Positions 39,252 through 49,112 of a stretch of 64,000 bases of DNA are shown piece after piece; position 1 is the stretch's first letter, and each line of letters starts with the position of its first letter. Made by a program: the position numbers and the translations under genes. The stretch covers positions 3,539-67,538 of the forward strand of contig CAYLHT010000004.1 of NCBI GenBank assembly GCA_964383765.1, read 5' to 3'. This stretch comes from an uncultured Gammaproteobacteria bacterium (lineage in GTDB: Bacteria > Patescibacteriota > Patescibacteriia > SBBC01 > CAIJZX01). The notes under the pieces are model-generated. The model had not been told where the DNA came from. It saw nothing but the letters and a program-made list of their open reading frames with translations, and did no database searches.

Positions 39252-39961
39252 GAGAGATGGGTTTTTCTCCAATCACTGGTCGCCTTCAGCATGCGTGAAT
39301 GGAGGTCGATCAGCATATTCCGAACTTGTTCGCTGATGGCTTCTAATTCTTTCAGGGCCGGCGACGGGACATTGTCGAGGCTGGACGATTGAATGAAGTT
39401 CAGTGCGTCCGGTGTCTCCGTTTGAATCAACTGCTCCGCTTGGTTGGCCAGCTGTCCAACCTGCGATTCTGCCGCTCCGATAATATCATCCATCGGTTGC
39501 GGAAACTCCTCGGCCGCCTCGCCGATGGCATCATTCGCCATGGTTCGAATGTCCTGGTTCAAACCTTGGATTTGAGTGACCAGTTTACGAATATTCGCTT
39601 CCGAAATTTCTCGTTCCCGACGGATGGCCGACTCAACGACATCGTTGATATGCCGACCGGCAGTTTCGCTGGTGACCGTATCGGCCGCGACCAATGGATG
39701 TTCTTGGTTGAGCTGTTGGCGCAGTGAATCTAATTTGGCCTGATCTGGGTGGTCTTTTTTCAGCTCGACTGATAATTCATCAATCAATCGGTCAACCGGA
39801 CTTTCCGGATCACCGGCGATATGCTCAGCGTGTTCGTCCATGACGTTCTTGGCTTGCTGAAAAGTGAGCTCACGACCAAGATGGCCCCGCAGTTGCCGAA
39901 CTTCCTGTTCATCGATATGACTGTCCTGGGGACGGCCGGTTTCTCCTTCGCTCTCACCCAT
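39248..39961 (-). CDS. Hypothetical acidic coiled-coil protein
   Basis: 237 aa, E/Q-rich helical; 5 nt downstream of rpsG. Confidence 0.7.
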   Translation of the reverse strand: MGESEGETGRPQDSHIDEQEVRQLRGHLGRELTFQQAKNVMDEHAEHIAGDPESPVDRLIDELSVELKKDHPDQAKLDSLRQQLNQEHPLVAADTVTSETAGRHINDVVESAIRREREISEANIRKLVTQIQGLNQDIRTMANDAIGEAAEEFPQPMDDIIGAAESQVGQLANQAEQLIQTETPDALNFIQSSSLDNVPSPALKELEAISEQVRNMLIDLHSRMLKATSDWRKTHLS

Positions 39962-39966
39962 ATTCG

Positions 39967-40431
39967 TTAGGCGAAGTGGGCGAAGGCGCGGTTGGCTTCC
40001 GCCATCCGATGGACGTCCTGTTTCTTCTTGATAGCGTCGCCTTGGTTGGTGGCCGCAGCCATTAATTCTTCGGCGAGCTTGTCAGCCATCGGTCGGCCTT
40101 TTTTGCTACGGGCAGCGTCGAGAATCCAGCGGAAGGCTAGGGCTTGTCGGCGCTTGGGTGCGACTTCAATCGGGACTTGGTAGTTTGAGCCGCCGACGCG
40201 TCGGGATTTGACTTCCACGATTGGCGAAACGTTTTTGATCGCCGATTCAAAAACTTCAAGTGGCTTCTGCTTGGATTTGTCGGCGATAACATCGAAAGCC
40301 GAGTAGACAACTTTGCGCGCCACGGTTTTCTTGCCGCGGGTCATGACCACATTAATAAATTTGCTCAAGACCACCGATTGGTGTTTCGGGTCGGCCGGGA
40401 TATTTCGAATCGGAGCTGGTTTGCCTCGCAT
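39967..40431 (-). CDS. rpsG: 30S ribosomal protein S7
   Basis: [28 protein letters not shown]. Confidence 0.98.
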   Translation of the reverse strand: MRGKPAPIRNIPADPKHQSVVLSKFINVVMTRGKKTVARKVVYSAFDVIADKSKQKPLEVFESAIKNVSPIVEVKSRRVGGSNYQVPIEVAPKRRQALAFRWILDAARSKKGRPMADKLAEELMAAATNQGDAIKKKQDVHRMAEANRAFAHFA

Positions 40432-40488
40432 TGAATTAGCTCGTTAGCGTTTTAGCGGATTAGCGGTTTAGTTTCTTGGCGGTTTGGT

Positions 40489-40905
40489 CTATTTTGGTTT
40501 TTTTGCGCCGTAAATCGAGCGACCTTGTTTGCGATCGGACACGCCCTGCGTATCGTACACGCCGCGGACGATATGATACCGCACGCCCGGCAAGTCTTTC
40601 ACCCGGCCGCCGCGGATCAACACGATTGAGTGTTCTTGCAGGTTGTGGCCAATGCCCGGAATGTAGGCCGTTACTTCTTGGCCGTTCGATAGGCGCACAC
40701 GCGCAATCTTCCGCAGGGCGGAGTTCGGCTTTTTGGGAGTCGTGGTCGTGACTTTAACGCACACGCCGCGCTTAAATGGGCTGCCTTTCGGCAAATAGGT
40801 ACGTTGCCGGTGCACCGCATTCATAATAGTTTCCAGGGCCGGGGTTTTCGACTTCGGCTTTTGGAGTTGGCGCCCTTGGCGGACGAGTTGATTAATTGTT
40901 GGCAT
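40489..40905 (-). CDS. rpsL: 30S ribosomal protein S12
   Basis: [33 protein letters not shown]. Confidence 0.99.
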   Translation of the reverse strand: MPTINQLVRQGRQLQKPKSKTPALETIMNAVHRQRTYLPKGSPFKRGVCVKVTTTTPKKPNSALRKIARVRLSNGQEVTAYIPGIGHNLQEHSIVLIRGGRVKDLPGVRYHIVRGVYDTQGVSDRKQGRSIYGAKKPK

Positions 40906-41005
40906 TAACGGGAAAAGTCTACTGAATGTTAGCGCTCAGGTCAAGCCCGAGCGGGGTCAAGAAAAGTCGCTTGAGAAAGCGACAAACGATAAGCAACCTG
41001 CTCAG

Positions 41006-41034
41006 ACTCTACCATTCCGTCGTCAGACTGTCAA
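41006..41034 (-). promoter_or_regulatory. Promoter of the str operon
   Basis: TTGACA-17nt-TAGAGT on the - strand. Confidence 0.65.
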
Positions 41035-41037
41035 ATC

Positions 41038-41664
41038 CTACAGCAATGAACCGAGACCCAGTACTCGCAGCACGAGCTTTACCCCGCCGAAAATATAGCT
41101 GTTCAACAATCCCCCGCCGAAATAACTCATCGCGACCAGCGCTAATAATAGGAACATACCGTACCGTTGCAGAAATTGCGTTAACGGATGTTGCGGCCCG
41201 GCGATGGCGGTCAAAATGTGTGAACCATCTAATGGACTGATTGGAATGAGGTTGAAAACGGCCAGACTAGCATTCACGATTACCAATGCTTGTAAGAAAA
41301 TCACCAGCAGGTTCGTCGTCGGCAGATGTGGGCCGACGAGGAGTAATGTGTATCCGCCGAGCGCTACGAGTACAATATTTGAAATCGGGCCGGCAATCGC
41401 CACTAGGCTCGAACCCCAACGTCGGAAGCGTAAGTTGTAAGGATTGAACGGGGCCGGTTTACCCCAACCAATCCTGGCCACCAGGATCATTAAGCTTCCG
41501 ATCGGATCAAGATGTTTGAGTGGATTGAGCGTTAACCGTCCTAGCATCTTTCCGGTTTGATCTCCCTGCAAATAAGCAGACAAGACGTGAGCAAATTCAT
41601 GAACGCCAATCGACAAGAACAACGCCAGATAGGCGGCGATGGCGGTCAGGACGTCAGCATTCAT
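41038..41664 (-). CDS. Site-2 protease (peptidase M50)
   Basis: HEFAH, GRLTLNPLKHLDP, AGPISN, FNLIPISPLDGS. Confidence 0.95.
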   Translation of the reverse strand: MNADVLTAIAAYLALFLSIGVHEFAHVLSAYLQGDQTGKMLGRLTLNPLKHLDPIGSLMILVARIGWGKPAPFNPYNLRFRRWGSSLVAIAGPISNIVLVALGGYTLLLVGPHLPTTNLLVIFLQALVIVNASLAVFNLIPISPLDGSHILTAIAGPQHPLTQFLQRYGMFLLLALVAMSYFGGGLLNSYIFGGVKLVLRVLGLGSLL

Positions 41665-41681
41665 ATCTAGGAATTCAGGCC

Positions 41682-41710
41682 TTGATTCAAAGATGGGCTT
41701 GTGCTAGAGT
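41682..41710 (+). promoter_or_regulatory. Promoter of rpmB
   Basis: TTGATT-17nt-TAGAGT. Confidence 0.55.
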
Positions 41711-41756
41711 AGCACAGCTTCATAATTCTTCGTAGTCATCCAACAATTTCACCGTT

Positions 41757-41948
41757 ATGGCTCGCATCTGCGCCGTCTGTGGTCGGGGAGCGATGAATAG
41801 CTTCTCCCGTAGCCACTCCAATATCGCCACCAAGAAAAAGCAGCATCTCAATCTGCAGACCTTGTTCAAAGATGGTCGGCGGGTGGTCGCGTGCGCTTCG
41901 TGTATTCGTACCGAAACGAAACGTTTGACGTCGACTGCGACCGCTTAG
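41757..41948 (+). CDS. rpmB: 50S ribosomal protein L28 (zinc-binding)
   Basis: MARICAVCGRG...SHSNIATKKKQHLNLQ...CASCIRT. Confidence 0.95.
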   Translation: MARICAVCGRGAMNSFSRSHSNIATKKKQHLNLQTLFKDGRRVVACASCIRTETKRLTSTATA

Positions 41949-42982
41949 CGGTTCAGCAGTCGCCATTCGAGGAAGAGCAACACGAACCAGCCCACCAACT
42001 GGATGTACCAGAGAATTTGTTGAATTTGTTCAGCCCGCTGTTCGTTCGTGACGCTGAAATGGTCGGCCGCCATGGTCGACATGCCTTCCAAACTCTCGAG
42101 CACTTGCCGGATACTCTGACGCCAACGGTCGAGATGGAGTTTTTTGCTGGCGAGTGAGTAGAGTCGACCGGCGTACCAGTCGCCGATAAGTTGGATATCG
42201 CGCTCGGCGTGTTCAAACTCAATTACTGACTGGGCTCGCAAGCGCATCAATTCCGACATCATCGTGCGGACCTCACGCCGGCTAATATTTGGCACCCGTC
42301 GAAGTAGAGAACTCATGGCGTCCAAGCGTTCGTCCAATTGCTGATCGAGGTGTCGTAACCGCAACAAATTCACATTCGCGACTTGAAGTACGTCTATGGT
42401 GTCTTGCCAGTCGCCATTGGTATCAAAAATGAACGCTCCATCCCAATCGACGATAGTCAAATCATGATGGGCGTACTGTAAACTCGATTCCTCTATCGTT
42501 TTGTGAATTTCCGGTTGGCTGAGTTCAACATTCTCGCTCTTGACCAGGGCGGCAATTCGATTGGCTTGGATTAAAAAGTCGCGCGGGTTCCCGCGATAAT
42601 TCTGAATACAGTATAACGTGTACTCTTCTCGGAATTCCGGCTCAACGGCTTGTTTCAGCAGTAACCGCGCCGCGGTTTCAACCACCTCGTCTTTGAAGCC
42701 AAGGGTAGCTTGGCTAAACACATCTGACACGGTCGTCTGAGCTTCAACCAAGATATTTTCCGGTGGAACAGCTTTGACCGTCAACTCAACTTTCTGACCC
42801 TTGACCGTGGCCGTTTGTTTTTTTAAGACTTTGTACTGCGGGAGGTGACTCGCATAGGTTGGAAAACTCCGGACTGCCTTGATGGTTGAAGCGCCGCGGG
42901 CTGAGACATCACCTTGACTTTGGCCGATCACAAAGGCAATCAGGGTGGCGGGAACTGGTCCTGAATTTTTCCCTCCCGGCAT
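41945..42982 (-). CDS. RMD1/DUF155-like hypothetical protein with C-terminal TM helix
   Basis: DLTIVDWDGAFI, ANV.LL.LR.LD..LD, IGDWYAGRLY. Confidence 0.6.
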   Translation of the reverse strand: MPGGKNSGPVPATLIAFVIGQSQGDVSARGASTIKAVRSFPTYASHLPQYKVLKKQTATVKGQKVELTVKAVPPENILVEAQTTVSDVFSQATLGFKDEVVETAARLLLKQAVEPEFREEYTLYCIQNYRGNPRDFLIQANRIAALVKSENVELSQPEIHKTIEESSLQYAHHDLTIVDWDGAFIFDTNGDWQDTIDVLQVANVNLLRLRHLDQQLDERLDAMSSLLRRVPNISRREVRTMMSELMRLRAQSVIEFEHAERDIQLIGDWYAGRLYSLASKKLHLDRWRQSIRQVLESLEGMSTMAADHFSVTNEQRAEQIQQILWYIQLVGWFVLLFLEWRLLNR

Positions 42983-42984
42983 GA

Positions 42985-43224
42985 TTAGCTCGCTAGCTCG
43001 TTAGCTGGTTGAGCAGGTAGTGGTTCCCACATTTCTTCGCCTTCGAGATACTCTTCGTGCTCGCCGTTCGGCGTGCCGCTCAAACACGATAAGCATTCGC
43101 CGAAGGTCTCACCGGCTTTGTAGTCGTGTTGGTAACCGCACGGCACACACACATAGCGCCCGGCTTTGGGAACAGGATCACCTTTACTGAACGGTTTTTC
43201 CATCAAGGCTTGGCTATCGGCCAT
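42985..43224 (-). CDS. Small zinc-ribbon protein
   Basis: AGRYVCVPCG...CLSC. Confidence 0.7.
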   Translation of the reverse strand: MADSQALMEKPFSKGDPVPKAGRYVCVPCGYQHDYKAGETFGECLSCLSGTPNGEHEEYLEGEEMWEPLPAQPANELAS

Positions 43225-43233
43225 GCCGAGAGT

Positions 43234-43758
43234 TTACACCAAAATTTTGACGGGTGCTAGTCGCGGTCCGGGAATCGTATGCCGGTCGGCAACTTTGGAG
43301 GCGGCAAACGATTCGGGTTTGGTTTTCGCGGCATACCCATGCGCCACGATCATACCGACCAGCTCCTGAATCATTTCCCGGGTTGGTCCAAGTTCACCCA
43401 CATCAACATGAATTTCGATGTTGTGCTTCAACCACGGCTTGAGTTCCGGCATGGCTTCGAGTTTTTGAGCGGCCGCGATTGACGTTAACGCCTCGGCGTA
43501 CATTCGATCACGCAACGTCACGAGACGTCCGGTCAGTTGGCGTTGCCAGAAGTAAATACCACCATTACCAACGCGGTGGAGCACAATTGCGGTGACTAAA
43601 TAGACGCGGCCGTCAGCGCTGGGTAATGAATCGGTCCCGACAATTAAACGGTAGTCGTGGTCAGCACTGGCCACCACAAAATCCCGGATGCGGCTGACAA
43701 TCTGGCTCGGTTTCAGCTGTCCGAAGGTGGGACTGTGATATGTCTCTGGCGCTGGCAC
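43234..43758 (-). CDS. Ribonuclease H-like YkuK family protein
   Basis: YRLIVGTDS, TAIVLHRVGNGG, EIHVDVG..GPT, KPESFAASKVADRHT; GTG start after AGGAG. Confidence 0.88.
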   Translation of the reverse strand: MPAPETYHSPTFGQLKPSQIVSRIRDFVVASADHDYRLIVGTDSLPSADGRVYLVTAIVLHRVGNGGIYFWQRQLTGRLVTLRDRMYAEALTSIAAAQKLEAMPELKPWLKHNIEIHVDVGELGPTREMIQELVGMIVAHGYAAKTKPESFAASKVADRHTIPGPRLAPVKILV

Positions 43759-43847
43759 GCGATGGTGACTCCTTGTTCCTCCTGAACTGTGAAACCTCTC
43801 AAGCCAGGGTTTCACGAATCGACCGTAGTATATACCACTCTGGGCGA

Positions 43848-45029
43848 CTATGCAACCCGCGCCGGAATGGCCAATTTCGACTGCCGGAATTCGGGCCAAC
43901 GTTTTTCAGTAATCGCCTGGCGAATATCAGACATCAATCGAACCATCATCCGCACATTATGAATCGACAACGCCCGACTCCCCTGTCGGTCGCGAGCTTT
44001 GCACCAGGCTTTAATCTGATTCGCGCTCAGGGTTGTGCAGGACGTACAATCACAACTGTTAACCAATGGGCCGTCAGTTTGACGTCGAGCCACGCCGGTG
44101 ATGTCTTCATACTTCGTGCCGGTTAAGGCACTCTGGTGCCGGGCGCGGCGGATCGGTTCGACACAGTCGAACAGATCGGCGCCAGCCTCAACGCAGTCGA
44201 GAATATCATTCACCCAGCCGATGCCGAGAACGTGGCGAGGTTTTCCTTCGGGCAGGAACGGCGCCGCGGCGCGCAGCGCCGCCGCCGCTCCACCCGCGTC
44301 GTAGGACCCACCAATGGCAAAACCGCCGAAGGGTAGCTGGCCAATTAACTCGGCACTGGCTTTTCGCAAATGTTCAAACGGACCACCTTGGACGATGCCG
44401 AGCAACAGTTGGTCAGATCGGTGATGAGATTCAAGACAGAGTTTAGCCCAGGAATGCGTTCGTTCCAAGGCTTGACGGTTGTAGGTTTCATTGTGTTGAG
44501 GTGACGTCGGTTCATCAAACGCAAAGGCGATATCAGCTCCGAGAAGTTGTTGCAATCGCATTGATTCTTGGGGCGTCAGACGAATACTCTGCTCACCATC
44601 CGTAAATGTCACGCCGTCGTTATCGATCATGACCTTACTTTCGCCCAGCGGTCGTGGGTCTGCGGCGTTAATCCCACCCTGTTTTTTCATAGAGCCGTGC
44701 ACGCGGGACCAACCGTAACTGAAGACTTGAAAACCGCCGGAATCGGTAGCCAGCGCTTTGTTCCAGCCCATCCATTGGTGTAGTCCACCGGCTTCAGCTA
44801 TTTTTTCAGCTCCGATTTGGCGTGAAAGGTGGTACGTATTGCACATGATCACGTCGACATCAGCATCGATGGCATCGGTTAATTCCATACCGTGAAATAC
44901 ACCGCGCGTCGCAACGGGCATGAAATTCGGGGTGGGGATGTCGCCGTGGGGTGTATGCAGAATACCGACGCGAACCGAGTGCGGTTGGTACCCATGAGTA
45001 ATCTCAAATGTAGACATGGCACACATCAT
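43848..45029 (-). CDS. tgt: tRNA-guanine transglycosylase
   Basis: TPHG..TPNFMPVAT, NTYHL, TDSGGFQVFS, GIVQGG, G.DLFDCV.P, CDCTSC..HN. Confidence 0.95.
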   Translation of the reverse strand: MMCAMSTFEITHGYQPHSVRVGILHTPHGDIPTPNFMPVATRGVFHGMELTDAIDADVDVIMCNTYHLSRQIGAEKIAEAGGLHQWMGWNKALATDSGGFQVFSYGWSRVHGSMKKQGGINAADPRPLGESKVMIDNDGVTFTDGEQSIRLTPQESMRLQQLLGADIAFAFDEPTSPQHNETYNRQALERTHSWAKLCLESHHRSDQLLLGIVQGGPFEHLRKASAELIGQLPFGGFAIGGSYDAGGAAAALRAAAPFLPEGKPRHVLGIGWVNDILDCVEAGADLFDCVEPIRRARHQSALTGTKYEDITGVARRQTDGPLVNSCDCTSCTTLSANQIKAWCKARDRQGSRALSIHNVRMMVRLMSDIRQAITEKRWPEFRQSKLAIPARVA

Positions 45030-45142
45030 GTCACATCACGCGACTCATATCAATCCTTGACATTCGGGTTTTTCTAGCGTACAACACTGTCTACTTGTTC
45101 CGCGTGGCGTCGTCGAACCCAAGTGTGCCAAGGAGGCCTCCC

Positions 45143-45367
45143 GTGGTCGCGTCCCGTGCCAGACGAATCAAACAGTTCACCGGATTCACTGTTCCCGAAC
45201 TCGCCCGCCTGCAGAAGTTGTCCGCCCCCTGTCAACATCCGACCGAGTCGGAATTGCGCCGGGATGTGGTCGAGCTCCATCAGAGCGGCACCATGTCAGA
45301 CCGTCTCCGGCGCGCCAAGTCCTGCGGCCAGTGCTATGTACTGACCAACCGACTGCTTCGCTCCTAG
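45143..45367 (+). CDS. Small Cys/His-containing hypothetical protein
   Basis: AAGGAGG before a GTG start; CQH...CGQC; terminator immediately after. Confidence 0.55.
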   Translation: MVASRARRIKQFTGFTVPELARLQKLSAPCQHPTESELRRDVVELHQSGTMSDRLRRAKSCGQCYVLTNRLLRS

Positions 45368-45393
45368 CTCGCCTCCGGGCGAGTTTTCTTTTT
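45368..45393 (+). terminator. Intrinsic terminator
   Basis: CTCGCC-TCCG-GGCGAG followed by TTTTCTTTTT. Confidence 0.7.
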
Positions 45394-45432
45394 CGATCGT
45401 AATCCGAACGTTGAAATGATACCAGTCAGGTT

Positions 45433-45831
45433 CTACCACCCAAATGTGGTTTTTATGGCTTGCCAATAGTATTCACGCCAACCCTGGGCGATATCCTTGG
45501 CTTTATTGGCCGGCACGTCGGTTTGGGTAAACATGTACTTCGTGCCCTTTGCCGCTTTGACCAATTGGAGTTTCAGCGTCGAAAAATGACCGGCCGGCCA
45601 ATCATCGGCCCGCCAGCTTTGGACAATCTTTTTGCCCGGCTCAAGTTCGATGTTCTTACCGGTCGCCCAGCCATCAAAGGTAGTAAAGGTTCCGCCGACT
45701 TTGGGACTGACCACTGCTCCTTGTCCAGTAAAGGCGGCATGTTGGTCGCTAGTCATCCAAGCATCGTAGATCTGCTGGGGGGTGGCTTTGAACATGCCGC
45801 CTTGTTTAATGGTCACGTTTTTCTTGGACAT
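45433..45831 (-). CDS. SRPBCC (AHA1-like) domain protein
   Basis: ATPQQIYDAW, GGTFT.FDG, PGKKIVQSWR, GWREYYW. Confidence 0.9.
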   Translation of the reverse strand: MSKKNVTIKQGGMFKATPQQIYDAWMTSDQHAAFTGQGAVVSPKVGGTFTTFDGWATGKNIELEPGKKIVQSWRADDWPAGHFSTLKLQLVKAAKGTKYMFTQTDVPANKAKDIAQGWREYYWQAIKTTFGW

Positions 45832-46128
45832 AGTTTAAGTCTGATCTAATTCGGACGGCTTGACAAGCTCCGTCGACGGTCCTGGTCAAGAGTGCTAAGC
45901 TACGTGAGGTTCGGAAATGGAGGGATGATGCCGAAACCAAAATCACGGACCACGCCGGTTCGTGCCACACGGCGATCGGCCCAACGGAACGGCACGTTTG
46001 CACCGCCGTTGCCTGACGGTCTACCGCCGGAGTCATGGCTGGTCTACAACCGAACGGTTGGCCATGTCCAACCCCGCCAGCCAGTCCGGCGTCGCTCACC
46101 TCGAGTTCGTTGAACCCGAGGTTTTTTC

Positions 46129-47367
46129 TTACCGGTGACTAGATTGATGGGATCGAGAATGTCGATGCTGACGCCGTCGGAATTGGCGGCCTAAGCGGCC
46201 ATGCTGCGGGGCTTGAAATGGTACACGCTCGTGAACGGTCAGCGGTGCGCGGCGCGGCGGTAATGTTGGTAAAGGTTTAACCGGTAAACTTGCTCGAATC
46301 AGCCGTTCAATATCTTTCAAGTCACGCCGTTGGTCGGGTTGGGCAAAAGAAATGGCCAGGCCGCTGCGTCCAGCCCGACCCGTTCGGCCAATTCGATGGA
46401 CGTAATCTTCGGCTTGACTTGGCAAATCAAAATTAATAACGAGCTCAATTCCAGTCACGTCAATGCCGCGAGCGGCAATGTCCGTGGCCACCAGGACTCG
46501 GTAGCGACCCGCACGAAACCCATCCAGGGCTTCGCGGCGTTGAGCCAGACTCCGATTGGAATGAATATCGGCGGACGTGTGACCCATTTGCTTGACTTGA
46601 CGTGCGAGTTTCTTAGCGGCGAACTTAGTGCGAGTAAAGACTAAGACGGAACCACGATGTTCGGACAGTAGTTGGTCGAGGAGTTGAACCTTTTGGTCTT
46701 TCGCGACGATGTAGATTTCCTGTTGGACGGTTTCGGCGGCGGTCCCGGCCCGCGCGACTTCAATGTGGACGGGAATGTGCATGTGCGTGCGGGCAATCCG
46801 TAAAATATCCTGAGGCATCGTGGCCGAAAAGAGTAACGTCTGACGTTGCTTCGGGACGGATTTCAAAATTCGATTGAGTTGCGGCGCAAACCCCATATCG
46901 AGCATCCGGTCAGCTTCGTCTAACACCAGAATTTGTACATCGCCGAGTTTAAGGGTGCCTTGATCAAGGTGATCAATCAACCGACCGGGCGTGGCAATAA
47001 TAATGTGTGGTTTTCGTTGGAGTGATTGGTTTTGGATATGCATCGACGCGCCACCAATCAAGACCGCAGTCCGTAAATTGACCCGCCGGCCAATTTGTTG
47101 AATGGCGGCATCAACTTGCAAGGCTAATTCTCGAGTGGGCAAAATTACCAAACCGCGACCTTGAACTTGGGCCAGACGTTGCAACATCGGAATTCCAAAC
47201 GCTAAGGTTTTGCCGGTGCCGGTTTGCGCCACGCCAATCATATCCTGGCCGGCAATCGCGACCGGGATCGATTGGGCTTGAATCGGCGTTGGTACCTTAA
47301 ACCCGAGCTGCCCAATGATGTCGAGCAGCCGCGGGGCAATTCCTAAACCAGTGAAGTCATTCGTCAT
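46129..47367 (-). CDS. DEAD-box RNA helicase (RhlE-like)
   Basis: PTPIQ, AQTGTGKT, PTREL, TPGRL, DEAD, SAT, ARGID, HRIGRTGRAG. Confidence 0.97.
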   Translation of the reverse strand: MTNDFTGLGIAPRLLDIIGQLGFKVPTPIQAQSIPVAIAGQDMIGVAQTGTGKTLAFGIPMLQRLAQVQGRGLVILPTRELALQVDAAIQQIGRRVNLRTAVLIGGASMHIQNQSLQRKPHIIIATPGRLIDHLDQGTLKLGDVQILVLDEADRMLDMGFAPQLNRILKSVPKQRQTLLFSATMPQDILRIARTHMHIPVHIEVARAGTAAETVQQEIYIVAKDQKVQLLDQLLSEHRGSVLVFTRTKFAAKKLARQVKQMGHTSADIHSNRSLAQRREALDGFRAGRYRVLVATDIAARGIDVTGIELVINFDLPSQAEDYVHRIGRTGRAGRSGLAISFAQPDQRRDLKDIERLIRASLPVKPLPTLPPRRAPLTVHERVPFQAPQHGRLGRQFRRRQHRHSRSHQSSHR

Positions 47368-48254
47368 ACTAACTTATCTAACCACTGTCCAATCAATTTG
47401 ACCAGCTGCTTTTGGTGACGGTGAAATCCGTGACTAGCGCCGGGGATCACAGCGCCGGTGAAATGACGGCTAGATGTTGATCGATGTCTAAAAAAATCAA
47501 CAACGTTTTTCGCCGGCTGATCAAGAAAATTATCTTTCCCGCCGAAAACGACGAAAATTGGTTTAGAAATTTTATCGAGAGCAGCCCAGCGTCGCTTGGG
47601 ATCGTACCACGGAAAAGTGTCTTCCGATGCTCCGGGCGTGTAGAGACTGACAAATCGCTGAGCTGATAAAAAACCATCCCAGTGCATATGGATAATATGA
47701 TCGGGCTGATGTTTGGTGATTTTGGTTGCTTGCTTCAAAGTGTTTTCAAGTTTCCTCCGACCCATATCTTTACGTTGCGCCACAATATCGCTGACTGGGC
47801 CGGCCAGAAAAACTCCGATGAGCCCTGGAAATTTTCGACGAGAGAGAAAATAGACAACCTTGTTTGCACCAGTTGAATGCCCTGCCAGAATCATTTTCTT
47901 ATAGCCACGACCTCGAGCCAGTTTGATAACTGCCTCAACGTCCCGAACTGACTCATTGAAACGTTCGAACGCCGCGCCCTGCATGTGTCGTTCTCCCCAA
48001 TCGGCGATGTGATGCCCACGTGTGTTGAACTTAAAATACCCAATTCCTCGCTTGGTACAGGCTGCACTTAGCTGTCGCATCAATTCTTGTCCGGAATCAA
48101 AACTCGACGTTAATCCGTGCACCCAAATCAAGGCCGCTTTCTTTCGACCTCGTGGTTCAACCACAACACCAGCTAAATCAAGTCCGTCAGTCGTTGTGAC
48201 ATGCGTCAGATTGACGGGCACCAGCGGAAAAAGTTTTGGGCGACGGGTCGGCAT
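47364..48254 (-). CDS. Alpha/beta hydrolase (DUF1749-like)
   Basis: HGL, GHSTG nucleophile elbow, GASHGF. Confidence 0.88.
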   Translation of the reverse strand: MPTRRPKLFPLVPVNLTHVTTTDGLDLAGVVVEPRGRKKAALIWVHGLTSSFDSGQELMRQLSAACTKRGIGYFKFNTRGHHIADWGERHMQGAAFERFNESVRDVEAVIKLARGRGYKKMILAGHSTGANKVVYFLSRRKFPGLIGVFLAGPVSDIVAQRKDMGRRKLENTLKQATKITKHQPDHIIHMHWDGFLSAQRFVSLYTPGASEDTFPWYDPKRRWAALDKISKPIFVVFGGKDNFLDQPAKNVVDFFRHRSTSSRHFTGAVIPGASHGFHRHQKQLVKLIGQWLDKLV

Positions 48255-48368
48255 ATCAGTAGTGTATCAGAGACTTGACAAAGATGTCCTTTTCTGTCAA
48301 CGTGGTCCCATTACTGAAACACGCCGAACTGCTGTCTTGTTGTTGTTTGACAACCAAGGAGAGCATCC

Positions 48369-49112
48369 ATGCCCTCGCCTATTCGTGGGTCAACCAAAGA
48401 GTGCTTGGCGCACTACTTTGCTCAGCTGCCGCCGACCAGTCAACGGTCCGGGGTGCGCGCGCGAACGCCGCTGATCCAGTATTGCGGCTGCATCCGGCGG
48501 ACCGTTGCCGATTGGCAAACCGGTCCCCTGCCAGTCGGTGTCTACTTGATCAAGCTTCGCTTTTTTTTGGCGAGCCAAGGATACACCGTCACCGAGTTGG
48601 AGAGTTTGCACCCGTTGGTCCGTTCGCTCGGCTTGATCCTGGCCGAGGGGCGAGCCACGCTCGAGGAATTGCGTCTGGCGCTGGGGTATTCGGACCAGCA
48701 AGAAGTCTTGACGATTCTTCGAGGTAAGCAGAAGCCATACCACCTGGAACAGCGTCTGCAACCACTGGTCGACCGTTACCGAGCGGAACCGAAACCCCCG
48801 GCGACCGGAGTGAAACCGGCCAATGGTGGCGCCGTTCGGGCCACCCCACCCTCAATTCCGGGCGTGAATGGAAGTCAGAAGGGTCTCGTCATCAAGACGC
48901 TCGGCGCCATGATCAAGGCCATGCTACCGCTTGCGAAAGCGGTTGAAGCCAGCCCATTCACCGTCGCCGATCGTGATGCGCTGCATGAGTTGCTGCCCGA
49001 GAACGAGATGTTCCATCTGATCTACTCCCTCAAGCGGCTCACCAGTGAGACCGCTCGACGGGACATCCCACCTGAAGCGCAATCCCACCAAGGAGGAGAC
49101 CGTGGGCGATAA
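48369..49112 (+). CDS. Putative DNA-binding protein with two Cro/XRE-like HTH repeats
   Basis: LIQYCGCIRRTVADWQTG.LP and TLEELRLALGYSDQQEVLTILRG; AAGGAG RBS. Confidence 0.55.
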   Translation: MPSPIRGSTKECLAHYFAQLPPTSQRSGVRARTPLIQYCGCIRRTVADWQTGPLPVGVYLIKLRFFLASQGYTVTELESLHPLVRSLGLILAEGRATLEELRLALGYSDQQEVLTILRGKQKPYHLEQRLQPLVDRYRAEPKPPATGVKPANGGAVRATPPSIPGVNGSQKGLVIKTLGAMIKAMLPLAKAVEASPFTVADRDALHELLPENEMFHLIYSLKRLTSETARRDIPPEAQSHQGGDRGR

